64,000 bases of DNA from Caecitellus pseudoparvulus (taxonomy: Eukaryota; Protista; Bigyra: Bicosoecida): positions 186,001-250,000 of the forward strand of contig CBFFRQ010000038.1 in assembly GCA_965644315.1 (NCBI GenBank), in the 5' to 3' direction. Both the position numbers and the translations under genes were made by a program. Numbering within the stretch: the stretch's first letter is position 1; each line of letters begins with the position of its first letter. The notes under the pieces were generated by a model, which had not been told where the DNA came from, did not search any database, and was given only the letters and a program-made list of their open reading frames with translations. Below are positions 19,777-31,851 of the stretch, piece after piece.

Positions 19777-20703
19777 TCAGTCTTCCCGCTGGTGAGCTTT
19801 GAGTGTGTACCAGAAATATCCGAAGCCTACATCCAGCTTGGAGTGCTTCAGCGAGGCCCAGCGGGGTGTGCCATCAGATTGTGGGCCCTCTTCCCCGAGG
19901 TACTGCTTGCGAAAGTGCGGCTGGCTGAAGGAAAGAGAGAGAAAGAGACCTCCGGGTTTGAGGACGTGCTGTACTCCACGCATGACAGCATGGGCCGCCT
20001 GCAGTAGGTCTTCGGGAGCGGACCAGACATCCCCGCCATGTGCCAGCAATGCATCCAGTGCGGCCTTGTCCAGCACCACGTCGAAGGAGTCGGCCTCGAA
20101 GACTTCGGGCAGGGCAAGCATGTCTGCCACTTGCCATGTGATGCCAGGGCGGGCTTCGGAGTGGGCCTTGCTCATGGCCTCGATCACGGTCGGGCTGATG
20201 TCCGTGGAGACCAGGTTGGTGAACCCCGCATCGTACTGTGAGGCACCCGTGCGCGGCCGAAGAGGGGGTGAAGCGGGGCACGCTTCAGGACGTGGTAACA
20301 GCACGCACCATGTCCGCAGTCAGCGTCGAGTTCCCACATCCTATCTGCTCGACGAGGGAAAACGCTTGCTTGTGCGCCAAGTGCACCAGCGCACGCAGCG
20401 CTCAGCTCACCAGCAGCACGCGGTCGTCATGAGCGATGGCTGTCGAAATGAAGTCCTTCACTTGGTCGAATGTGGCTAGCCAGTCGTATTCCTTTTCTCT
20501 GCACGCGGTTAACTTGTGGGCCTGAGGTCATGCAAAGCGGAGACAGCCACGGCTCGGTGCGGTAATTGGTTCACGCGAACGCACTTTCCGAACCTCCAGT
20601 CCCAGTACTTTGCATCAGTGTACGCCGCAGTGGATCGGGGTGTAACACCTTCTTCCACTGGGAAAGGTGCTGCTTGCACTTCCCCCCGTTCGACACTTGC
20701 CAT
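19777..20703 (-). CDS. Class I SAM methyltransferase, EEF1AKMT4/METTL13-N-like; ~4 exons
   Basis: Spliced motifs YTDAKYWDWRF, EYDWLATF, RVLL-GNSTLTAD, GFTNLVSTDISPTVI, SFDVVLDKAALDALL, VLKPGGLFLSLSFSQPHFR. Confidence 0.85.
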
Positions 20704-21350
20704 GATCAGTGCAGGGTTTGCGACAGTTGAGTGCCTTGCTCCCTGGCACACACTGCCGACCTGCGCAGCGCAGCTATTTGAGGTTCACGAACGCAGTTTG
20801 CATAAATTTGGCGAAATGTGCCAGGGGCAACTTGGGAGCGTCAGTGGTTGGTCTTGTTTGTGGTATTTATCAGAATGAACGTGAGTCACGTGTCTATTCT
20901 TCTTCGACACTCCTAAGATGAGCTACGACGGCTAAGTAAATAGCTTTTGACTTTGGGTCTTCCCTCCACTGACTGAACTTTGTGCATCGGAAGACACCAC
21001 AGGCAACGCTGCTGCCTCAGTGGGGCTGTGCACAACAAATTTCTGCCGAGTTGAGTCCATATTCGCCTGTGTGGCTCGTCCTCGGGTGATTTTCTGCTCT
21101 GCGGATGGAGTGCGTGTCACGCCGTGTTTGCTCAACGCAGGTGTGAAAGGAGTGGACTGACCGACATCTTGCAAGCCTGACTTGCATTGCTTGCGGCAAG
21201 GTCGGACTAAATCGTTTTTCCAGCGTGATTTGCTGTTGAGGGTGCGCGCTGATCGAAGATGGACCAGTTACAATCCATACATCGGACTGACGGTTGTGAT
21301 GGTGATGTGCTAACAGTTTTACATAATCAATTTTTAGCGTGTTTTACAGA

Positions 21351-21432
21351 GCACATGTGCCCGAGCGGTCTAAGGGGTTGTGTTAAGGTCGCAATGTATT
21401 CGTACTCGTGGGTTCAAATCCCACCGTGTGCA
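21351..21432 (+). tRNA. tRNA-Leu(AAG)
   Basis: Cloverleaf: acceptor GCACATG/CGTGTGC, D-arm CCCGAGCGGTCTAAGGG, anticodon loop TT-AAG-GT, long variable arm, GTGGG-TTCAAAT-CCCAC. A T-run (Pol III terminator) follows. Confidence 0.95.
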
Positions 21433-21534
21433 GCTCTTTTTTCGTTTTCTTGAGTTGCACACATCTGGCACGGCCTCATGCTCGTGCCACCCGGAGACCG
21501 CACAGAAATCAAGGAGCAGTTCAGAGTTTGAATT

Positions 21535-23184
21535 CTAGTCGGTCTTGGCTTGCGTGCCAGTTTTGGCATGAGCCAGGCGTTTCGACAGTTTGAGGCTGCG
21601 CCCCAGCGAAGCAGAAATGGCAGCCGCCAACTCCAGGGCCTTGTCGGCCTGGATTCCCATGGGTGTTTGCTCGTGTCCATGGACACCTTCCCCTGCTGCT
21701 GTTGCAGCTGCCTCTCCTGTGCTCGTGCTCCCGGCCTTGGTGTGGTGACTTGCTCGAATGTCGGCCAGCGCCGGGGCAAGGCGCTTGCGCCAAGCTGCTG
21801 CAGCTTGCAAGGTACTTGGGTGCGCCCTGGCCAGGTCTCCATGCAGAGGGACGCCCCTTTCCGCGGCATGCAGCAGTTTCGTGAGGGTGAGAAGCAGGGA
21901 CTGCAGCGCGGACCGGACAGCGCTGAGGCTTCGGGAAAACTCGAGCATGGCGGGCAGGTCAGCCTGCGGGCCGGGAATGGCGGCGCAGCAATCAGCCACT
22001 GCGGCTTTGAGGGACTCAGCTGCCCCTGTGACGCCAGGGTGGCCGCTGGCCACTGTGCTGGGAGCCACGTGGCACAGCGTGCCCAGCAGCGCCTGGGCAG
22101 GCACAGAGTCCTGGCCCGCACACCAAGCAGCGAGAGGCCCGGCAGTGGCAGGCAAAAATGCAGCAGCAGCAGGGCCCCCAAGGAGAAGCTCGATGGCGTC
22201 CACGGCAAAGTCCAGGACGTCAGATGGCGCTGCTGGGATGGTGGGTAGCTTGGCCAGCACAGCGGCCGTCCCACGCACCACGCCAGCTGACACTGCCGCA
22301 GCTGCAAGAGGAGACGACGTGTCAGCGTCCAGTCGACACGCACTGACCCACGGCAGCAGCAAGGCATGAGCTGAGGGCAATGTGGCGGCGTCTGCCTTGG
22401 AGAGGGCAGCCACGAGCGCTGGGGTTGTGGCCTGCACGGCAGGCTGCAGGGCGGTGCAGAACGTGGCACTGGGTTCCGAGGAGGCCTGGATGTCGCACAG
22501 CAGACCCGCTGCCCACGTAGCCCCCAGAAGTGGCGTCTGCCAGGGGTGCTGTGCGCCCCCCTCCTCCCCTAGCTCCATGGCCACAGGACCGTGCTCCCAC
22601 CCTGGCCTGCCAAAGGCCTCCTGCACGATGTTCAGCAGGGCTCCTGAAGTGCTGGCGCAGGCCTCCTCTCTCGTCGCGACGAATGCTCGTAGCGCGCTCG
22701 CAAAGTGGGTCGCAGTGGCGGGGGGACTCGCCGCGATCACGCTCAGATGGCAGCTGGGCAAGGAGCTGCTCCAGACGGTCGCAGGCAAGTGCCGCAGGGC
22801 GAGGTGGTGCGCAGTGGCCGCCTGTGGGTGTAACAAGGCGAGGAGCAACTGCAGATGGCACAGGGACTGCAGAGATGCAGGCCCCTGGCTCGTTGGCATG
22901 CCTCCGTCGGTGGCAGCGGTGCTCCCTGCTGCCGCCTCGTCTGCCACAGCTTGTGAGATGTGTGCCAGCGCAGGGGCACCTGGCTCCATCCAGGGCGGGC
23001 GTGGCCCTCCATCCACCACTGACTGGATGGTCGGAATCAGTACATGGACGTGCTCTTGTGTCAGCTGTGGGTGGTCGAACTTGAGCTCGTCCCAGGCTTG
23101 GGCAGGGGTGGCTGGTGCGCGGGAAGCGATTTCCGCAGCACCCAGTGCCTGGATTGCGGCAGCAATGAAATCGGCTCGTTCCAT
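21535..23184 (-). CDS. Hypothetical Ala/Leu-rich, probably helical-repeat protein (~550 aa)
   Basis: Long ORF with codon usage like its neighbours; likely start MERADFIAAAIQ. No family motif recognised. Confidence 0.55.
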   Translation of the reverse strand: MERADFIAAAIQALGAAEIASRAPATPAQAWDELKFDHPQLTQEHVHVLIPTIQSVVDGGPRPPWMEPGAPALAHISQAVADEAAAGSTAATDGGMPTSQGPASLQSLCHLQLLLALLHPQAATAHHLALRHLPATVWSSSLPSCHLSVIAASPPATATHFASALRAFVATREEACASTSGALLNIVQEAFGRPGWEHGPVAMELGEEGGAQHPWQTPLLGATWAAGLLCDIQASSEPSATFCTALQPAVQATTPALVAALSKADAATLPSAHALLLPWVSACRLDADTSSPLAAAAVSAGVVRGTAAVLAKLPTIPAAPSDVLDFAVDAIELLLGGPAAAAFLPATAGPLAAWCAGQDSVPAQALLGTLCHVAPSTVASGHPGVTGAAESLKAAVADCCAAIPGPQADLPAMLEFSRSLSAVRSALQSLLLTLTKLLHAAERGVPLHGDLARAHPSTLQAAAAWRKRLAPALADIRASHHTKAGSTSTGEAAATAAGEGVHGHEQTPMGIQADKALELAAAISASLGRSLKLSKRLAHAKTGTQAKTD

Positions 23185-23346
23185 GTTTCCAACCGGGCGA
23201 CACACAGGACGTGCTCTGACCGCATGCAGTGCAAGGAGCACATCGAGTGCATTGTGAGCCTGGGCGCATTGAGCAGGAGGCTATCAGAAAAGACACGCAC
23301 GGTGGACTGGTCAGGGCTGAGCCCCTGACCGATGCAGGAGGAGGGA

Positions 23347-26300
23347 CTACACTGGCTTGTCGGCGCCCTCCACAACATTGTCGATGATGGACTGCAGCTC
23401 GTTCTCGTCCGCGTCCTCCGCCTTGCTGGCGGAGCGGGCGAAAGTCGTCATGCCTGCCGACCCAGACACGAGTAGCGTCTGAATGACGGCTTCGAAGCCA
23501 CTGCTGTTCTCTGCGAAGTGCAAGGGGGCGGCGGGGTGAGAGGTGCAATCTCGAGCGGGGCCTCATGTCGAGCAGCACGCACCCCAGGCGGCGATGGCCA
23601 GGAAGAGGAATGACATGAGCACTGCCAGGCAGAGAATGAGGTACATGATGGCGCCGGCAATAGCGGCGTCAGACACGCCCATATCCTCCAGCGTTTCCTG
23701 TGAACAACGGACACGGGGCAAGGGAGTTGTGTAGCGTAGCGCGTGGCGCGTGGCGGGGGGGGCACTGTCTGCGTACCTGCACAATGACGTCTTCCAAGTA
23801 CTTCCAGCTCTCCACGAACTCGGCCTGGTCGATGAAGCCGCTGCCGTCACGGTCACAGTAGGCGTACATCTGGGAGCGCTTTTGCTGCGACACGTTCAGC
23901 TGCAGCTTGTCAAATAGGGAGTCGAATTCGTCCTTGGAGATGACGGAGTCGCCGTCCGCGTTGATGAGGGAGAAGACGTCCTCCACGTCAAACGTCTCCT
24001 CCTTCTCCTCGCCAGCACCCGCAGCACCCGCCGTGGCAGCTCCGGCCGCCGTGGTGCGGCGCTTCTTGAGGTGACCCACCTCCTTCTGGCGTTCCAGCTT
24101 CTCCGTCTGCTCCAGGGCCTTCTTTGCAGCCGACACGACCTTGTTCAGGTGGTCTTTGAAGGCTTGCTTCATGCGCTTGCGCAGGATGACAGCTGCTTTC
24201 TGCAGCTTGCCCCAAGTCACCACCACGACAGCCACAGCAGCAATGGCGCCGCCAGCGTACGGCAGGAAGCGAATGGGGTCTAGAGCAGCGGCGAGGACGA
24301 ACCAGGTGAGCACGAGGCCCAGCCAAGTCAGCACTGAGAAGAGGGTCAGGATGAGCACGGCCGCGTACGCCTTGCGCACAGCCAGGCGGAAGATGCCGGG
24401 GGGCAGCGCCATGTACCGGATGAGCAGGCGCAGCAAGGTGAGGCCGACGTACGTGGCCACAAACAGCAGCACGAGGCGGACAATGAAGACGATGGAGCGC
24501 CCCTCCAGCCTGGGCGGGAAGCTGGAGAAGTCATACACTGAGAGGGGGCGCTCCTCCGTCCCAGCCATGGTCTGCCCGTGTGTGTACTGCATGTCCATGG
24601 CGTACACCATGACGAGGATGGGCGGGATGAGCAGCACCAGCAGGTGGATGAACACCGTCAGCGCCTCCATGCCGTACCAGGACGCCGTCAGGCGGGCCTT
24701 GTGCTGCCCCGTCGTGTCAGCCGCCGAGAAGTCGATGAAGGAGAGGCCAAGCACCTTGGTCACGCGCTTCTTCTCGTGCTGCACGCCGTACAGCTGGGAC
24801 AGCAGGGCGATGCTTTCGGACTTGGTTGCTGGCTCCATCTTGTGCACTTGCTCGCAGTACTTGGCAAAGGCGCTGTAGAAGCCCGGCACAGTCTCCCTGA
24901 ACCGGGTGCCGTCCTCTGCCTCCCGCACGATGGAGGTGTCCACGAAGTAGATGCCGTCTCGAGTGTAGGACCGCGTCACGTCGCAGTACGCCTTGAGGAA
25001 GGAGTCCAGGAGGAAGGCGTCGTCGTCGTCCCACTCCACAGTGGGCTCCTCCTCCACCTCAGCCACGGCTGCCGCTGCTGCTGCCGTCTCCGCCTTGCTC
25101 ACTGGCACGGAGGTTGTGGACTTGGCTTTCCCCGTCGGAGAGAACATGGCAACGACAGCTGCACTGCCGTCCTGTGCCCCCTCCAGCACGGCGTCCTCCC
25201 CTGCCTCTTCGTCCGTAACGTCCGAGACACGGGATTCCAGCGTCTCGCGGGCATCCTGAGCACGCGCCAGCAGGCCAGCGGCCACAAACGCCATGGTGTC
25301 CGCGTCCACGTCAAAGTCTGTGGGGGCCGCGCCGCCCTTCCATCGGATGCCGCGCAGTGTCTGCTCCGGGGTGGACCGCACGCGCAGGTTGAAGTCGTTG
25401 ATGAGGCTGGCTCGGATGCTGTCAAAGTTGCTGTGCTCGGCCAGGTCGTTCAGGTAGCAGTACTGGGAGTACCGCTCCATGAACTCGTCCTTCATCACAG
25501 ACGGCAGCAGGCCCGCCTGCACCAGTCGCCCGTTGCGGTCCCGCACGAGGAGGCCGCCCATGCGGGCGCTGGAGGACACGCCCTCGTCCTTGTCCATCTC
25601 CGTGGCCTTGCCTGCCCCGTCGGCGGGGGCCACGAGGCCAGTCACCTTGTCCCTGGCAGTCGCCACGGCCTCCTCGTCGTCCGAGCCCGGCATGGCAATG
25701 TGCACGACGCAGCGCTCGTTGACAAACTTGGAGGTGGAGTTCAGCAGCGCTCGTTTCACAGGCACGATGAAGAGCAGGTTGATGATTTCCAAGGGTGTCT
25801 CGAAGGGGTTGAAGGAGGGGTTCTCAGCGCCGGCATCCAGCTCCCCGGCATCCTCGGCAGCGGCCGCAGCCTTGGCGTCCAGCGCGTCGGCTGCCTCCTG
25901 TGCCTCCTCAGCCTCCACCAGGGGCGCCTTGCTGCTGGTGCCAGGCGCAGATTTCAGGGGCGACGTGCTGGCGCTGGCGGTGTCCAGCTCCGGCACCATC
26001 TTTGAGTCGGGGGCAGGGGGAGCAGCCTTGGAGTCATCAATGGCAGCTGCGGCAGGGTCCCCGTCGCCGTGCTTGGCTGCCATGGCATCGGCGATGGCCG
26101 CGTCGGCCTTGGCTTCCAGCGCCTCGGCTTTGAGCTGCAGCAGCTTGCGGCGGATGATGGCCTGCTGGTACGATGCCTTCAGGATGGCTCGAAGGTACAC
26201 GACCAGGCCCAGCGTGCCCATGAACGCCAGCAGCACCGCCATGACCAGGGACAGCCACACGGCTGCCTCGGTGTTGCCGTCGTTGGACGTGCGCAGGGGG

Positions 26301-28409
26301 GATGCCAGCAGGTTTCCCGATGGGTCCCGCGTCCACAGGGTCAGGTCCACCTTCTCGGGGCGGGGCTGGTGCTTGGGCCCAACCTGCACGAGGAGCCCCC
26401 GCATCTGCAGCTGGAAGCGGGGCACCAGGGCAGTGAACAGGGCCCTCGCGGTGGCTTCGTGGTCCAAAGGCACCATGGAAGTCCACCGCCGAGGGGCCTG
26501 TGCGTCGGGAGTCACCAGGGGGTACGCGCACGTGTCGTTGCGCAGCGTGATGAGGTAGTGCTTCAGGGGGGGGTTCAGCAGCCCCCCACTCAGGAACTCG
26601 ATCAAGGCGGGCTGCAGGTACAGGAAAATGGGGCGAGTCGTGTACACCCACCGAGAAGGGGCCACGCCAGGCGTGCCGGCGACGTCAATGGTGACAAACA
26701 CGTCCTCCCCAGCGTCGCGGGGCCCGTACACGTCGCGGACTTCACCCAGCAAGGCGTCTGCCGCAGGGGAGGAAATCTTTAGACCCGGCGTGCGGTCGTC
26801 TGGGAAGTAGAAGGAGTACCCTTCCGGGTCCACCGTCACCTCTGTGCCGTTGCGCTCCACGAGCTTGGTTCCCGTGACCAGCGTGTTGCTGTCGTCCTTC
26901 TCATTGGTCGAGTCCAACTCGCGGTGCACATAGATGCCCCCGCGGTCCGTGATGAGGCGCACCCAGACAGTGGTGCTGGGCGTGGTGGCCGTGTCGCGGC
27001 TGTAGATGATGCGCATGCAGGAGGGCACGAGCGTGTAGTCCTCCAGCGCGACGAGGCGGGACAGGAAGACGCTGCCGGTCAAGATGCCCGTGCGCCCCGA
27101 GAAGTCGTTGCTGGTGGCGTTCTCCTGAGTCACGACAGGGTACATGAGCACACCGTACTTGGCGCACCAGGAGCGGTACGGGCAGTTCCCGCCGCAGCAC
27201 TTGGGCAGCGCGGCGATGCCGTCCATGAACTCTGTCTGCTCCACGAAGCCGTCATTGTTGGCGTCGTAGTGGCCCAAGGTCTTGCCTTGCCACCAGGGCG
27301 CCACCCGAATGTCGCAGTCAGTCCACGCGGCACCGGCATTGCCGGACCACACGGGCGCCTCCTCCACGCGAGTGTCGCCTCGCTGGGCCATGCAGAAGTC
27401 GCCCTGAGCAGAGCGGTACTCCAACTTCAAGTCCCGGCGCATGTTCTTCGTCTCAATAAAGTACAGATCGCCCGAGGTGGCCCTCAGGTCTGCCGACGCA
27501 AAGACGCAGTCGGTGGCCTGCACGTTGCCTTCCTGGCCGCGCACCGTCAGGCTGCCGGTGGTGGTGACGCGGTTCAAGTCCACCCGCATGGTCTTGCCTG
27601 CGACCCAGATGGTCTCAGCGATGACCCCTGGCTCCATGCGCACGTCCACATGATGGGCAGGGTCGTCTGCACCTTGCCGGACATCGATGCGGACGGGGGG
27701 ATTGGCTTGGTCCACCAAGATCTCCACCTGGCAGATGTCGGAGCAGTCCTGGCCGAATGTGCCGGCACACCCCTCGTTGTTCTGGACGTTCAGGAAAAAG
27801 ACGTTCTCACCAGAGACGTCATACTGGAACCTGCGCGGGGGAAGAGATGAGTACAAGAGGTGGGCTGCCGCCAGCTTCCGCTGCTTCTTCATCCTTCGTC
27901 GGCGCATGGCGCAAGGCACCGCGTCACACGCAATGGCTGGGAGCTGCAAGCCGCCGCCAAGCAACAACACACATGAAGGGGCAAACAGCGTAAAAGCTCC
28001 AAGCTGGAGCTCCCCGGGCACTGCGGGCGTTCGTGCGAGCCACGTACTCATGGGCTATGCCAGATCCTCGCCAGCGGGTGAGGATGACTTTGGAGGAGCG
28101 ACTGGGGCGCACCCGGACATCGCATCCTGACACTTGCACTTGAAACTCATTGGTGGGATCGTACTTCTCCACTTGACGCACTGTGGGGGGCAGGAGTGCC
28201 TTGCGTGTGGCCCAAACCTGCCGCTGCGAAGCTACCCTTGGTTGGCCGGCTGAGGCGCAAGAAACGCTGCCTCCTCACGAACCTCGTCCAAGCAGCGCCA
28301 CGAAAGCAGCCCACAGGCCCACGGCAAGTCCGATGTACAGCACTAGCATGCAGAGTCGGAAGACCCTGCGCGCGTAGAAGTCATTGCCCTTCGCTGGAGG
28401 CGGCGTCAT
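23347..28409 (-). CDS. Large multipass membrane protein (~8 TM) with EF-hands, a large outer domain and two putative winged-helix repeats; multi-exon
   Basis: 5' exon with a TM segment (MTPPP...LCMLVLYIGLAVGLW). EF-hand-like DANNDGFVEQTEF; C-terminal EF pair NADGDSVISKDEF / DRDGSGFIDQAEF. Spliced 3' exons give ETLEDMGVSDAAIAGAIMYLILCL and end ...EGADKPV* at 23347. Confidence 0.75.
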
Positions 28410-28604
28410 GGCGAAGTGTACGGCGCCTGCTGCAGTGCAGATGGTCTGGAAACGGTAACACAGCAACCCAAGCAACGCGCCAGGCTGGAGCGGAGGCTGC
28501 ACAGGCTTCAAGCGGGCAAGCATGCAACCGGTGGAATCACGCTGGTTTAATTAATTTGACGAGGGGCGCTGCGCGTGGCGACGCAGGCGCCCTGGGCCGA
28601 TCAG

Positions 28605-29966
28605 CTACAGCTTGGGGTGTGCACGGTCCCACTCCTCCTGCCGGCGTCTCAGCTCTGCTGCGTCCTGCTCCTCCCACTGACCCATCTGCTGCACAAACTC
28701 CGGACGCAGGGGCTCCCAGGAGGCCACATACGTGCAGGAGCCACACAGCTTCGCCAGCATCTCCGTCTCGGACCCGCGCACCGCTCCCGTGCGGAAGGTG
28801 CCATCGTCGTACACGTGAGGGTACGCGGCCAGGGTGCGGGCGATGGCACGCTTGCCCTCTTCGGGGTAGATGCCCGACTTGTGCAGGCTGCTCTCCACGT
28901 GCTGGATGTGCACGGAGAGGAAGAGGGTCACGCGGTGCGCCCGCAGCCAGTCGAGGAAGCCCGGCGTCTGCATGATGAGCGCCTCGCCGCCCTCCGTGTC
29001 GATCTTCACGATGACCTTGCGCCCCTGCAGCTGAATGCCGGCATGCTGGACGAAGTCAGGCAGTGTGAAGCAGTCCACGTGCCAGGTGGTCCCGCCCACC
29101 TCCTTGTTTTGGTCCTTGCCCCACAGCAGCCCCGCCATGCTGTCCCCCGGCTCCTTGTACGAGTGGAAGGCCACCTGCTTTTCCGTGCGCTGGCTGATGC
29201 AGGCCCGGCGCAGGTGCACATTGTCCACTTGCCCAGCGTTGGCAGCGAGGTTGCGGGCGGCCTCGCCGTATGCGACGGGGTCAGCCTCCAGCCCCCACAC
29301 CTGCCCCGCTTTGCGGGAGGCGTACAGCAAGGTCGGGCCAATCCAGGTGCCAAAGTCGATGTAGGTGGTGGTGGGGTCCATGAGCTCTCGCATGAGGGCG
29401 AGCGTCTGCGGCTCCCACTGCCCAAACCCCGCCCTGGCCCAGAAGATGTACCAGTCCTTCTGCGGGCTGCTGTCGTCATGCTTCACCACGCGGAAGGTTT
29501 CATCGCCTTGCACGCCCACCGTGCGCCAGCCACCCAGGTTCACTGTCCAGTACTCACGGTCAGCCACGAGCCCACCGCCCCCCTGTGGAATGGGGTCAAT
29601 GTCCAGGCTGCGCAGGCCGCCGTGGCAAAGTGCGGCCGGCTGTGGCGCTTCCTGACCGCCCGCTACGCCTGCCACGGCCCGGACTTGTCGCAGGGTCTCA
29701 GCGATTTCTTTCCTGGATGCGCCAATGTCAGCCAGAGAAGCGACTGCGGTCTTGCCTTCCTGCACCGCCTGCAGGGACGCTTGCAGTGCCTCCAATCGCG
29801 TGAGCACGCTGTCCAGGGTCGGCGTGGAGGACGACTTGCCCCGCACCGTTGGCTGCTGTGAAATGACGCCTGGTGAAGAAGGAGACAGCACCCAGTACAG
29901 GGTGAGCAACATGACGATCAGCATGGCCGCCAGGAGCACCCTGGAGTTCTTCAACAGGCCCCGCAT
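28605..29966 (-). CDS. FkbM-family methyltransferase, type II membrane (paralog 1)
   Basis: N-terminal TM and coiled-coil stem; YIDFGTWIGPT, VWGLEADP, VKIDTEGGE. Confidence 0.85.
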   Translation of the reverse strand: MRGLLKNSRVLLAAMLIVMLLTLYWVLSPSSPGVISQQPTVRGKSSSTPTLDSVLTRLEALQASLQAVQEGKTAVASLADIGASRKEIAETLRQVRAVAGVAGGQEAPQPAALCHGGLRSLDIDPIPQGGGGLVADREYWTVNLGGWRTVGVQGDETFRVVKHDDSSPQKDWYIFWARAGFGQWEPQTLALMRELMDPTTTYIDFGTWIGPTLLYASRKAGQVWGLEADPVAYGEAARNLAANAGQVDNVHLRRACISQRTEKQVAFHSYKEPGDSMAGLLWGKDQNKEVGGTTWHVDCFTLPDFVQHAGIQLQGRKVIVKIDTEGGEALIMQTPGFLDWLRAHRVTLFLSVHIQHVESSLHKSGIYPEEGKRAIARTLAAYPHVYDDGTFRTGAVRGSETEMLAKLCGSCTYVASWEPLRPEFVQQMGQWEEQDAAELRRRQEEWDRAHPKL

Positions 29967-30137
29967 CGCTGCTTGCAATTTCCGCAACAGACCTGCAAGC
30001 ACGCCAACGTGGTGCGCGCCACTGCGCGTCCCTCGCCGTGGCGAACGCACGGCCGCCCAGTGCACTGCAATGAGATGCGGGAGCAACACCGAGGGAGGGT
30101 TGCATTTATCGCGGGGCACAGCTTGTGCTGGTGAGCA

Positions 30138-31851
30138 CTACTCAAGCCCGCCCGAGGTATCTTGCGTGCTTGCCTGAAGCTTGGCCGGCTCAGGTTCCGT
30201 CTTCTTCGACGCCATGTCCTGCGCAGCACGCGTGGCCATGCGGCGCAGAGCGGGGACGGTCTCCTCGGCAGTCCTCTGCAGCGCCTCCAAGTCCCCGGCA
30301 GTTGTGCGTGGGACGCTGGCCAGGCCAAACGTTCGCAGAGCTTCCAGCACCTGAGGGCGCACCTGCTCCCACAGGGACACCACGAAGTCATCGCGCTCCG
30401 CCAGGGGCATGAAGTACGCCGCCCGCCACAGCTCATCCAGGCCACGCGCCTCACCTTCAGTCAGGGACTTCACTGTGCTGGCCAGGGCGCTGGAGCCTTG
30501 CCACCACACAGCGCCAGTGCCAAGGCTGCCCGCCACCAGCGCTGCCCCAGCGAGCTCCACCATGCCCACGCTGCCTGCAGCGCCCGCCGCGGCAGCTGTG
30601 AGAGTCAGCGTCGCTGCACCGATGCCCAGCCACCTCTGCCGCTGCTTGGCGAACTTGGACCTGGCCGCCTCCAGCACGCGAGCATGCATGTCCAGGAGGC
30701 GGGAGGAGTTGTACAGGCGGGTGATGACGTTGTCCACGCGCCTGAAGGGCGCTCGCTGCACCTCCCGCACGATCTCAGCCCGGGTGCTGTCCAAGTCTGC
30801 CATGGCAGCCGTCAGCACTCCCTGGGAGGCACTCTGGTTGTCTGTCGGCACACACATGGTGTAGATGCGGGGCAGGTCCTTGCGGGGGATGACCTTGGAC
30901 AGGTTCCAGCACAGGCTGCCGTAGGCCCGCGCGAAGTCGTGCACGTTCTTGAACTGGTCCACCTTGTTCAGGACGATGTGCAGCTTGTGGTCCAGGCCCA
31001 CGAGGCTGTTGGTCATGATGGCGAGGGTCTCGCCGGTGGTGCCCTGTGGAGGGGAGGGGCGCGGGCGTGGGCGTGTGGCGCAGCACGGGGGGCGCGCGCA
31101 GCCCCCCACGCACAGGTTTGTCTGGGTCAAAGAAGAGCAAGATGACATCGGCACGCTCGGCGAACCACCGGACGACGCCAGGGAAGTTGTATCCGCGGTC
31201 CCGCGGAGACGCGTTGGTGGCGATGGCTTCGTAGAAGTCCCCGCCGCTGACGCCCGTGTTCACCGGCGCGTCGATCATGCCGGGGCTGTCAACGAGCATG
31301 ATGTCCTCCAGAGCCATGCCCGAGCGTTGCTTGAGGGTCACGTGGTTGATGAGCGCGCTGCCAAAGGAGCGCAGCCCTGCGAAGCCCAGGTCAGGATCCC
31401 CCACCAGCGCTGGTCCATCCCGCTCGCCATCTTTGTGGGCAGGGGCAATGACCGTGAAGCCGTCGTCGGTGGGGGCCACGCCTGTCTCCTGCACAGACTT
31501 CCCTGCGATGTGGTTGATGAAGGTGCTCTTCCCGGAGGAGTGGTTGCCCAGCACCAGCACCAGGGGCTGTGGCGTGCCCTGATCGCTGCCCTTCTCCAGT
31601 GGCCCCAGCACTGCTGCATTCAGCGGCGTCAAGAGCTCATCATGCACGTCCTTGCAGGCCTGGTAGATGTCTGCAGCAGTTGCCGCAGGCACCTCCTCTG
31701 CCTCTGCGCCCGTGCCCTCCTTGCCGGACAATCCGAAGGAGAAGAAGGGGCGGGCTTGCCGGGGCGTGGTACGCCCCAAAGTCCGCACTGCGGTCACCCT
31801 GTGTGCAACAGATCGCACTGCACCAACGGCGCTGTGAAGGCGCTGGTACAT
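30138..31851 (-). CDS. EHD/sarcalumenin-like dynamin-superfamily NTPase, no EH domain, C-terminal hydrophobic hairpin; 2 exons
   Basis: GNHSSGKST, DSPG, RGYNFPGVVRWFAERADVILLFFD, VLNKVD and RAYGSLCWNLSKV parallel EHD motifs. Intron 31044-31113. Confidence 0.85.
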
